DNA from: Deltaproteobacteria bacterium
Lineage (GTDB): Bacteria > Desulfobacterota > Binatia > UBA12015
Assembly (NCBI GenBank): GCA_016874795.1
Contig: VGTG01000005.1
Span: forward strand, 15,393 to 79,392
DNA length: 64,000 bases
Reading direction: 5' to 3'
Made by a program: the position numbers and the translations under genes
Shown: one piece after another, positions 57,134 to 64,000 of the stretch
Position numbering within the stretch: position 1 is the first letter of the stretch
How the letters are laid out: each line of letters begins with the position of its first letter
Notes under the pieces: model-generated
The model's database searches: none
What the model saw: only the letters and a program-made list of their open reading frames with translations
Told to the model about the DNA's origin: nothing

Positions 57134-57727
57134 TCAGCAGCGCCGCGCCCAGGCGAGTGCGTCCTCGAGGCGATCGTTCCCCCAGAAGAGCTCGCCGTCG
57201 ACGACGAAGCTCGGCGCGCCGAAGACGCCGAGCCGGACCGCTTCGTCCGTCTCGAGGCGCAAGCGATCCTTCGTCTCCTGCGTGCCCGCGCGCTCGAGGA
57301 TCGGCTCGGACTTCTGCCCGAGCGCTTCGAGCACGGCGCCGACGACCTCCGGCCGCGCGATGTCGCGATCCTCTGCGAAGTTCGCGCGATACATCGCGCG
57401 CACGAAGTCGCCGCACCACGGCTCCGCGGCGACGGCGCAAGCGACGCGCGCCGCGAGTAGCCCGTTTCGCGGGAACTGCGACGGTCTCTGCAGCGGCAAG
57501 TCGAGCTTCCCGCAGATCCGCTCCATGTCGCGCCACATGTACTGGCCCTTCACCGGGTAGACGTTGAAGGGCGAGTCGTTCCATCCTTGGTCGCGAAAGA
57601 TCGGACCGAGAAGGAACGGACGCCAGCGCATCGCGATCCCGGCTTCGGCGCAGAGCGCCTCGACCCGGCTCGTCGCCGGATAGGAGTAGGTGCTCGCGAA
57701 CTCGAAAAAGACGTCGAGGGTCGGCAT
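57134..57727 (-). CDS. DsbA-like thioredoxin-fold protein of the 2-hydroxychromene-2-carboxylate isomerase family.
   Basis: MPTLDVFFEFASTYSYPA start and C-terminal GVFGAPSFVVDGELFWGNDRLE, typical of the HCCA isomerase/DsbA family. Confidence 0.75.
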   Translation of the reverse strand: MPTLDVFFEFASTYSYPATSRVEALCAEAGIAMRWRPFLLGPIFRDQGWNDSPFNVYPVKGQYMWRDMERICGKLDLPLQRPSQFPRNGLLAARVACAVAAEPWCGDFVRAMYRANFAEDRDIARPEVVGAVLEALGQKSEPILERAGTQETKDRLRLETDEAVRLGVFGAPSFVVDGELFWGNDRLEDALAWARRC

Positions 57728-57764
57728 GCGGAGAGAATCCTCGTGAGAGAAATGAGAGCGTCGT

Positions 57765-57938
57765 TCAGGTGGTGAGCCCGATGCGGAATCGCGCCGCACC
57801 GCTCATCATCCGCTCGAAGGCCTCGGGCGCGCGCTCGAGCGGATGAATCTCGTTCATCGAGTGTACGCCTGCGAACAGGCGGAGCGCGAGCGTGTCCTCG
57901 TCGAGCCGATCCACGACCATTGCTGATAACGCAACAAA
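57765..57938 (-). pseudogene. C-terminal fragment of a zinc-type medium-chain dehydrogenase/reductase (alcohol dehydrogenase-like).
   Basis: ...NEIHPLERAPEAFERMMSGAARFRIGLTT resembles the conserved C-terminus of Zn-ADH/MDR enzymes; only about 57 codons, with no upstream body. Confidence 0.35.
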
Positions 57939-57993
57939 GTCTTGCAATCCACGGTCATTGTGCCGAAAAGAGCAACGACACAGATTGGCGCCC

Positions 57994-58641
57994 ATGACAC
58001 GCAAGTATCTCGAGGTCCTGGGAACGCCTGCCGTCCTGCGCGCGCAGGAGAATGCCTACGGTCGCTCGCGGCCCGTCCATGGCGACGCCGAGCGCGATCC
58101 GCTCGGCCCCGACGAGGCCGCTTTCATCGCTGCACGCGACAGCTTCTACCTCGCGACGGTCAGCGAAGCGGGCTGGCCCTACATCCAGCACCGCGGCGGG
58201 AACGCGGGATTCCTCCGGGCTCTCGATCCGCACACGCTCGGGTTCGCGGACTACCGCGGGAACCGCCAGCTCCTCAGCACCGGCAACCTCGCGGCGAACG
58301 ACTGCGTCTCGCTGTTCCTGATGGACTATCCGCACCGGGCGCGGCTGAAGATCCTCGGGCGCGCGCGCACTCTGGACGCCCGCGAGAATCCGGAGCTCGT
58401 CACGAGGCTCGCCGAGCCCGAGATGCGTCGCGAGGTCGAGCGGCTGATCCTGGTCGACGTCGTCTCGTTCGACTGGAACTGTCCGAAGTTCATCACGCCG
58501 CGCTTCACGGCGGCGGAGGTGCGCTCCGTCCTCGAGCCGCTCCAGCATCGCATCGCCGAGCTCGAGGCGCGGCTCGCCGAAGCCGCCGCGCCCCGTCCGT
58601 CTGCAAGCGACGGCCGAGGCGCGGCGCGCGAGGGCGAGTGA
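57994..58641 (+). CDS. Pyridoxamine 5'-phosphate oxidase-like FMN-binding protein.
   Basis: FYLATVSEAGWPYIQHRGGNAGFLRALDPHTLGFADYRGNRQLLSTGNLAAN matches the PNPOx split-barrel family; start at MTRKYLE. Confidence 0.7.
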   Translation: MTRKYLEVLGTPAVLRAQENAYGRSRPVHGDAERDPLGPDEAAFIAARDSFYLATVSEAGWPYIQHRGGNAGFLRALDPHTLGFADYRGNRQLLSTGNLAANDCVSLFLMDYPHRARLKILGRARTLDARENPELVTRLAEPEMRREVERLILVDVVSFDWNCPKFITPRFTAAEVRSVLEPLQHRIAELEARLAEAAAPRPSASDGRGAAREGE

Positions 58642-58905
58642 CGGCGAGCCCCGATCTCGTTCGCGGACGTGGATGCTACGGCGCTCGGTCCCCATGAGAC
58701 TTCCTCCCTTTCGCACCGCCGGCGCGGCGGTCGTTCGGTTGCTCTCGCGCGGTCTCTCCGCGCCTCGGGGCAGAGAGGTCGTGCGACGACCAAAGGGAGT
58801 CCTGGCGAAGATCGGGGGATTCCCTGGGATTCCGTGGGTTTCGCGGTGCTTCTCGCGCCGAAGAGTGGTTGACAACTTCTCATCATTGAGAAACGCTCAG
58901 CCACG

Positions 58906-59583
58906 TTGGACGCCCACGCCGAGCCCCGGCCGGGACCCTTGCCCGGCTCCGACGCCGGACGACGCGAGCGCCGCAAGGCCGACACGCGCCGCCGTCTCCT
59001 CGAAGCGGCGCGCCGTCTCTTCGCCGAGCACGGCTACGACGCGACGCGGCCGCAGGACATCGCGCGCGAGGCCGACGTCGCCGCGGGCACGTTCTACGTC
59101 CACTTCGCGGACAAGCGCGAAGCGTTTCTCGCGTTTACCGAGCAGGTCGCGGACGAGCTTCTCGCGCACATGGCGGCGTCCGCCCGGAATGCGAAGGACC
59201 GCGATCTCGCCGCGACGCTCGACCGCGCGCTCGCCTCGCTCTTCGATTACTCGCGGGACAACCCGGGCCTCCTGCGCGCCGTCTCCGCCGACGCGGCCGT
59301 CGCTTCGGCGGCGCTGCCGCCGGGAGCGAGCCTCCGCGAGCGGCTCGCGCAGACGCTTGCCGAGCGTCTCCGCCGCGCCGCCGCGGAGGGCGAGATCCCG
59401 AAGTCGTTCGATCCGGAGCTGATCGCGCACGGCGCCGTCGGCTTCCTGCACGCGGCACTCGTGCATGCCGGCGGCCGCGCGATCGACCGTCGGCGCGTGC
59501 TCGACAATCTCCGGCAGTTCCTCCGGCGTGCGCTCCTCGTGGAGACGCCGCCATCACCTCGAAAGGTAAGGAGCGCGCGATGA
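58906..59583 (+). CDS. TetR-family transcriptional regulator.
   Basis: LLEAARRLFAEHGYDATRPQDIAREADVAAGTFYVHFADKREAF HTH region. TTG start with a TTGACA -35-like box 32 bp upstream. Confidence 0.75.
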   Translation: MDAHAEPRPGPLPGSDAGRRERRKADTRRRLLEAARRLFAEHGYDATRPQDIAREADVAAGTFYVHFADKREAFLAFTEQVADELLAHMAASARNAKDRDLAATLDRALASLFDYSRDNPGLLRAVSADAAVASAALPPGASLRERLAQTLAERLRRAAAEGEIPKSFDPELIAHGAVGFLHAALVHAGGRAIDRRRVLDNLRQFLRRALLVETPPSPRKVRSAR

Positions 59584-60602
59584 CGCAGCTCAGATACGAG
59601 CGTGAGGAGCTCCTCCGCTCCGATGACTACGCACGGCCGCACGTCGAGAACGGCCAGCTCCTGCACGGCGGCTTCGACGCGAGCGGACGCTACGTTCCAC
59701 CGCGGCTTCGCGATCGTGCGCGTGCGGTGTCGGCGTGGACGAAGGCGCTGCGCGAGCGGGGCGGCGATCTCCTTCCGGCAGACTCGTCGCTTCTCGCCGG
59801 CATCCGCTATCCGAGCGCGGCGCAGCAGAAGCTCTTGATCCAGGAGGGGCTCGGGCAGACGTTCTGGAACACGCTCACGATCACGGGACAGATCGAGGCG
59901 CGCGGGCGCGTCCTCGCCGAGGTCGTCTTCCCGGAGATCGGAGAAGCGGTCGAAGAGGACGTGTCCGAGATGGCGATCGGCCACCTGAACCGCGGACTCC
60001 TCGAGGCGCACGGCCTCGACGAGGGCGGCGAGCCCGCGCGCGGCATCGGCGGGCACGACGTGATGTGGTTCGTGCTGCGCGATCTCGCGTTCGGGCCGAC
60101 GGAGTTTCCGGAGCCGGTGATGCCGGAGGTGATCCGTCCCGAGTCCGAGGCGACCCCGATCCCCGGTCTGCCCGGAGCGCTGCACCGGATGTTCGACTTC
60201 CTCGTGAACCTCCTGATGATCGAGTTTCGCGCCGAGCGCGGCTTCGCGCTGGCCGAGTCGCTCCTGCGCGATCCGGATCTCTTCCGCGACCGCCGCGCCG
60301 AGGCGGAGCGCGCCGCGGAGATCGTCGATCGCATCCGCGCCGACGAGGCGATCCATGTCCGCTCGCTCCGGCTCTACCTCGGCGAGATCGCGACCTTGAC
60401 GTTCCGCTCGAAGGACGGCGGCCGCATCGCAGGACGAGACATCGTCGACTCGCTCTGGGGCGGCATCGTGCGGTGGGCGACCGTCGAGCAGCCGCCTCTC
60501 GCGGCCGCGCAGCAGCGGAAGCTCCTCGGCGATCGCATCCTCGCACACCCGGAAGGTTCGAGCCTGCTTCGCCGGTTCGACGCACTGGAGGAAGCGGCAT
60601 GA
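59580..60602 (+). CDS. Hypothetical 340-aa protein co-translated with a luciferase-like monooxygenase.
   Basis: No family recognised by eye; contains E-x-x-H (DEAIH) and several conserved Glu (EVVFPEIGEAVEEDVSEMAIGH). Start overlaps the TetR stop and its stop overlaps the downstream monooxygenase start (ATGA). Confidence 0.6.
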   Translation: MTQLRYEREELLRSDDYARPHVENGQLLHGGFDASGRYVPPRLRDRARAVSAWTKALRERGGDLLPADSSLLAGIRYPSAAQQKLLIQEGLGQTFWNTLTITGQIEARGRVLAEVVFPEIGEAVEEDVSEMAIGHLNRGLLEAHGLDEGGEPARGIGGHDVMWFVLRDLAFGPTEFPEPVMPEVIRPESEATPIPGLPGALHRMFDFLVNLLMIEFRAERGFALAESLLRDPDLFRDRRAEAERAAEIVDRIRADEAIHVRSLRLYLGEIATLTFRSKDGGRIAGRDIVDSLWGGIVRWATVEQPPLAAAQQRKLLGDRILAHPEGSSLLRRFDALEEAA

Positions 60603-61885
60603 AGTTCGGAATCTTCTACGAGCACCAGCTCCCGCGTCCCTGGCACGAGGGCGACGAGCATCGCCTGATCCAGGACGCGCTCGAGCAGGTCGAGCTCGCC
60701 GACCGTCTCGGCATCGACTACGCGTGGGAGGTCGAGCACCACTTCCTCGAGGAGTACTCGCACTCCTCCGCGCCGGAGGTGTTCCTCGCCGCATGCGCGG
60801 CGCGGACGAAGCGGATCCGCCTCGGCCACGGCATCACGCTCCTTCCGCCGGCGTACAACGCGCCGGCGCGCGTCGCGGAGCGGGTCGCGATGCTCGACCT
60901 CGTGTCGAGCGGCCGCGTCGAGCTCGGGACCGGCGAGTCGTCTTCGCTCGCGGAGCTCGGCGGCTTCGGCATCCGCGTCGACGCGAAGCGCGACATGTGG
61001 CGCGAGTCGCTCGAGCAGATCGCGAACATGATGGTGATGGAGCCGTACCCCGGCTTCGAGGGGAAGTTCTTCTCGATGCCGTGCCGGAACGTCGTGCCGA
61101 AGCCGCTGCAGAAGCCGCATCCGCCGCTCTGGGTCGCTTGCTCGAACCGCGCGACGATCCATCTCGCCGCGAAGCTCGGCATCGGCGCGTTGACGTTCGC
61201 ATTCGTCGATCCCGCGGAAGCGCGGAAGTGGGTGAGCGAGTACTACGAGATCCTCGAGAAGGAGTGCGAGCCCGTCGGACACGCGATCAACCCCAACATC
61301 GCGATGGTCACGGGCTTCTCCTGCCACCGCGACGAGGAGGAGGCGCGGCGCCGCGGCGAGGACGGCTTCCGCTTCTTCGGCTACGGCCTCGGCCACCACT
61401 ACGTCTTCGGCTCGCACAAGCCGGGCCGCACGAGCGTATGGGAGAACTTCGAGAAGGCGCGGGACGCGCTTCCGTCCGCGGGAGCGCACCGCGGGATCGG
61501 CACGCCGGACCAGCTCCGCGAGCACCTCCGTGCCTTCACGGAAGCCGGCGTCGATCAGGTGATCTTCATCCAGCAGGGCGGGCGGAACCGGCACGAGCAC
61601 ATCTGCGAGTCGCTCGAGCTCTTCGCGGGCGAGGTGATGCCCGAGTTCGCGGCGCGCGCCGAAGAGCGGGAGCGCGCGAAGCGCGAGCGTCTCGCGCCGA
61701 TCCTCGAGCGTGCGATGGCGCGGAAGAAGTGGATGCGCCCGCTCGAGGACGCGGAGATTCCCGAGATCCACGCGCTCGGTCGCCAGATCGTCGAGCAGAT
61801 GCAGAAGGACCAGCAGCCGGTTCCCGCGACGATCTCGACGGGAAGCGGCCTGTCCGTCCCGCTCACCGATCCCGCGCGGCGTTGA
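60599..61885 (+). CDS. Luciferase-like (LLM-class) flavin/F420-dependent monooxygenase/oxidoreductase.
   Basis: MKFGIFYEHQLPRPWHEGDEHRLIQDALEQVELADRLGIDYAWEVEHHFLEEYS is the canonical LLM TIM-barrel N-terminus; 428 aa. Confidence 0.85.
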   Translation: MKFGIFYEHQLPRPWHEGDEHRLIQDALEQVELADRLGIDYAWEVEHHFLEEYSHSSAPEVFLAACAARTKRIRLGHGITLLPPAYNAPARVAERVAMLDLVSSGRVELGTGESSSLAELGGFGIRVDAKRDMWRESLEQIANMMVMEPYPGFEGKFFSMPCRNVVPKPLQKPHPPLWVACSNRATIHLAAKLGIGALTFAFVDPAEARKWVSEYYEILEKECEPVGHAINPNIAMVTGFSCHRDEEEARRRGEDGFRFFGYGLGHHYVFGSHKPGRTSVWENFEKARDALPSAGAHRGIGTPDQLREHLRAFTEAGVDQVIFIQQGGRNRHEHICESLELFAGEVMPEFAARAEERERAKRERLAPILERAMARKKWMRPLEDAEIPEIHALGRQIVEQMQKDQQPVPATISTGSGLSVPLTDPARR

Positions 61886-61902
61886 CGCTTTGCGCCTGGT
61901 CG

Positions 61903-61930
61903 CGCTGCTCGGGGGGAGCGCCGAGCAGCG
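61903..61930. terminator. GC-rich hairpin in a convergent intergenic region.
   Basis: CGCTGCTCGG-ggggagcg-CCGAGCAGCG (10-bp stem), followed by two further short palindromes (GCCGACGATCGTCGGC; GACTCCG...CGGAGTC) between the monooxygenase and the convergent lipoprotein gene. Confidence 0.5.
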
Positions 61931-62015
61931 ACTGCGTACGTGCCGACGATCGTCGGCGGTCTGTACGCGCTCCGGCCCGCGCAGTGACTCCGCTGCGCGA
62001 AGCGACGGAGTCGGT

Positions 62016-62855
62016 TCAGCGCGTCGCCGTCATCGAAGACTGGATCTCGTCGACCAGATCTGCGAGCGCGCGCCGGAACGTGTCGACCGCTTCCCGCTTC
62101 TCGTGCACCGAGATGTCGAACGAGCGGACGTCGGTGTTCTCGCGCGAGAGCTGCACGACTTCTTCCGAGTCGTGCACGTAGGTCTTCCACGCGCTCACGG
62201 CCGTCTCGAGCTGCGCGCGGTCGAGCCCCTCCGGCTCGGCCTGGAGCTCCGCCAGGATGCGATCGATCGCGGTCTTCGAGCGGCGCATCTCCGCCTCGAG
62301 CCCGTCCATCTCGACGGAGTCGGCGGAGGCGATGTGCGGCGCGTGGCGAACCTGGATCCGGAGGGCTGCGATCGAGGCGGTCGCGAGCTCGCGGATCTGG
62401 TCCGGGTCGGAGCTCTGCGTCGCGATCTTGCCGAGTGTCGCGACGAGTCGATCGAGCGAGGTCGTCGCGGCCCCCGAGGAGAGCCGCATCGCCTTCAAGT
62501 TCGTGTTGGCGACGGCGAGAACCAGGAGGTGGGCGTCGACGGCGCGGAGGTCGTTCCACGCGACCGAGAGCGTCTCGAGCTTCGCCAGCTCCTCCGGGCG
62601 CCCGTCCTTCAAGAGCTTCCGGAGCTCGACGAGGTCGCGATCGACCTCGTCGGCGGCGGCCTTCGACTCCGCCGCGAACGCCGCGGGCTCCTGATCCCCG
62701 ACCGCGAGCACGGCGTTCTTCTCGGCCTCGACGGACCGCTCGAAGGCGTCGTCCATCTGACGGAGGAGCGCGAGCTCCTTCTGGTACGTCACGAACGCGG
62801 GCTCGGAGCCGCACGCGGCGAGGGCGACGAGCGCGACGAGAACCCACCGGACCAT
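62016..62855 (-). CDS. Hypothetical helical lipoprotein.
   Basis: Lipobox LVALAACGS; 279 aa, charged and helical. The longer 654-aa track ORF is an upstream artefact. Confidence 0.6.
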   Translation of the reverse strand: MVRWVLVALVALAACGSEPAFVTYQKELALLRQMDDAFERSVEAEKNAVLAVGDQEPAAFAAESKAAADEVDRDLVELRKLLKDGRPEELAKLETLSVAWNDLRAVDAHLLVLAVANTNLKAMRLSSGAATTSLDRLVATLGKIATQSSDPDQIRELATASIAALRIQVRHAPHIASADSVEMDGLEAEMRRSKTAIDRILAELQAEPEGLDRAQLETAVSAWKTYVHDSEEVVQLSRENTDVRSFDISVHEKREAVDTFRRALADLVDEIQSSMTATR

Positions 62856-63009
62856 GGCGCGGAGTGTACGAAAGGAGCGGCGGCCTGTCGAAACGGGCAC
62901 GGCGGCTCGGCCGCCGCGCGTCTCGGCTCCGGGCATCGCGCCGTGTTGCCTGCACGCGACGTGCCGAGGAGGGCGCCGATGCCGTCGCTGGAATCCGTTG
63001 CTTCTTCGC

Positions 63010-63059
63010 GGTGGACGGACCCTTCCTCCTTCTCGGTGGACGGACCCTTCCTCCTTCGG
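63010..63059. repeat. Tandem direct repeat (two copies, 25-bp period) in a divergent promoter region.
   Basis: GGTGGACGGACCCTTCCTCCTTC occurs at 63010 and again at 63035 with a 2-nt spacer, between the lipoprotein gene (start 62855) and the tetR gene (start 63156). Confidence 0.8.
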
Positions 63060-63155
63060 GGTCGTGTAAGGTCTTACCGGGTCGGCTGTAAGACTGTCCG
63101 CTCCGCGGCCACCCAAAGCTTCATTCCGAACCCGGGGAAGGGTAGCGTCGAAGGC

Positions 63156-63827
63156 ATGGCGGCGTCTTCGCGACCCGGCCGCGGACCGGCGACCGCGGGT
63201 AAGCGCCGCGTGCCGCTCTCGCGCGAGCGCATCGTCACCGCGGCACTCGCCGTCATCGAGCGAGCGCCGGAGACCAAGCTGACTCTCGCGGCGGTCGCCT
63301 CGGAGCTCGGCGTCGCGACGATGTCCCTGTACACGCACGTGCGAAATCGCGAGGAGCTCCTCGAGGCGGTGCGTGCGGCCGCTCTCGCGAAGTTCGAGTT
63401 CGTTCCGAAGGTGGACGACGACTGGGAACGGCAGCTCTCGCAGCTCCTGCATGCGCTCCGTCAGCACGCTGCACGGTATCCATTCCTCGCATTCGAGCCT
63501 GCGGAGTTTCCGGTCGTCTGGCCGGCGCTGCTCGAGCCGCTCGTCGCGATCCTGCGCCGTGCCGGTCTTCGTGGTGTCGATCTCGCGGAATCGACGCGAT
63601 GGATCGGACGCAAGATCGGAATCCTCGCCCTCCTCGACCAGAGCTGGCCGCTGGGGCGTGCGGCAAAACCCGCTTCCTATCCGGACTTCCCCGCCGAGGC
63701 GGCGTCCGAGCTTCGCGACGTCCTGCCGTACCTCGCGAAGGGCGATCCCGATCACGCCTTCGAGTTCGCGGTCGAGAGAGCGATCGCGGCGATCCGCGAC
63801 CTCGTGCGGAAGAGCGGCGCCTCCTGA
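63156..63827 (+). CDS. TetR-family transcriptional regulator.
   Basis: RERIVTAALAVIERAPETKLTLAAVASELGVATMSLYTHVRNREEL HTH region; GAAGG RBS. Confidence 0.8.
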   Translation: MAASSRPGRGPATAGKRRVPLSRERIVTAALAVIERAPETKLTLAAVASELGVATMSLYTHVRNREELLEAVRAAALAKFEFVPKVDDDWERQLSQLLHALRQHAARYPFLAFEPAEFPVVWPALLEPLVAILRRAGLRGVDLAESTRWIGRKIGILALLDQSWPLGRAAKPASYPDFPAEAASELRDVLPYLAKGDPDHAFEFAVERAIAAIRDLVRKSGAS

Positions 63828-63847
63828 GGCTTCGACCGGCGGCAGGA

Positions 63848-63879
63848 GCGAGAACGGCCGCCCTCTGGGGCGGCCGTTC
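63848..63879. terminator. Perfect 14-bp stem hairpin 3' of the tetR gene.
   Basis: GAGAACGGCCGCCC-tctg-GGGCGGCCGTTCTC, 21 bp after the tetR stop. Confidence 0.6.
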
Positions 63880-64000
63880 TCCTCAAGGTGATCGCTCGGT
63901 GATGCGTCCGAACGGCCGGTGCCCCTGTGGTTCCCGAGGGCTACACCGGGGAGCCGGTCGAGAGCAACCGTTTTAGGCACGAGCGATTCATTTCGAGAGA

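Noticed and set aside
63905-63976. 24-codon mini-ORF MRPNGRCPCGSRGLHRGAGREQPF with a SEC-C-like CPCGS motif near the window end.
   Set aside because: Too short, follows the tetR terminator hairpin, and has no RBS. It may be noise; the window ends before context could help.

Overview
64 kb of very GC-rich (~70%) bacterial chromosomal DNA. Coding density is high, codon usage has G/C at nearly every third position, and many adjacent genes overlap by 4 bp (ATGA/GTGA/TTGA), consistent with translational coupling. A protein carrying Myxococcus-type cysteine-rich repeats and a lamin-tail domain, plus long Pro/Thr linkers in another secreted protein, point to a Myxococcota-like (deltaproteobacterial) host. 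I found no rRNA, tRNA or CRISPR arrays.

I support about 60 genes. The main blocks are:
- a sulfatase-like gene with frmA and an SDR gene
- a fatty-acid-type minus-strand operon (SDR plus two enoyl-CoA hydratases)
- a DUF1800/DUF1501 pair
- gamma-glutamyltranspeptidase and a RumA-like methyltransferase
- an ATP-grasp gene coupled to an HExxH peptidase-like gene, next to a MAPEG gene
- a cobalt-type nitrile hydratase operon (beta, alpha, accessory)
- a TetR-regulated efflux operon resembling E. coli YbhGFSR with an outer-membrane factor
- an OafA-type acyltransferase coupled to a beta-barrel-like protein
- MsrA, an aldehyde dehydrogenase with a VanX-like dipeptidase, and two tandem L,D-transpeptidase-family genes
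- PhyH and TauD dioxygenases, and an inositol-3-phosphate-synthase-like gene opposite a PAP2_C gene
- a TetR-P450-ferredoxin operon and a TetR-unknown-luciferase-like-monooxygenase operon

The window also holds several decayed genes: an internally deleted multicopper oxidase, two P450 fragments, and a C-terminal fragment of a zinc-type alcohol dehydrogenase.

A 188-bp element bounded by perfect 25-bp terminal inverted repeats sits beside a 75-bp cruciform palindrome in one intergenic region.

The many very long Arg/Ala/Gly-rich ORFs in the six-frame track are alternate-frame artefacts of GC-rich DNA and were not called. All coordinates come from the supplied ORF track plus manual start-codon refinement.
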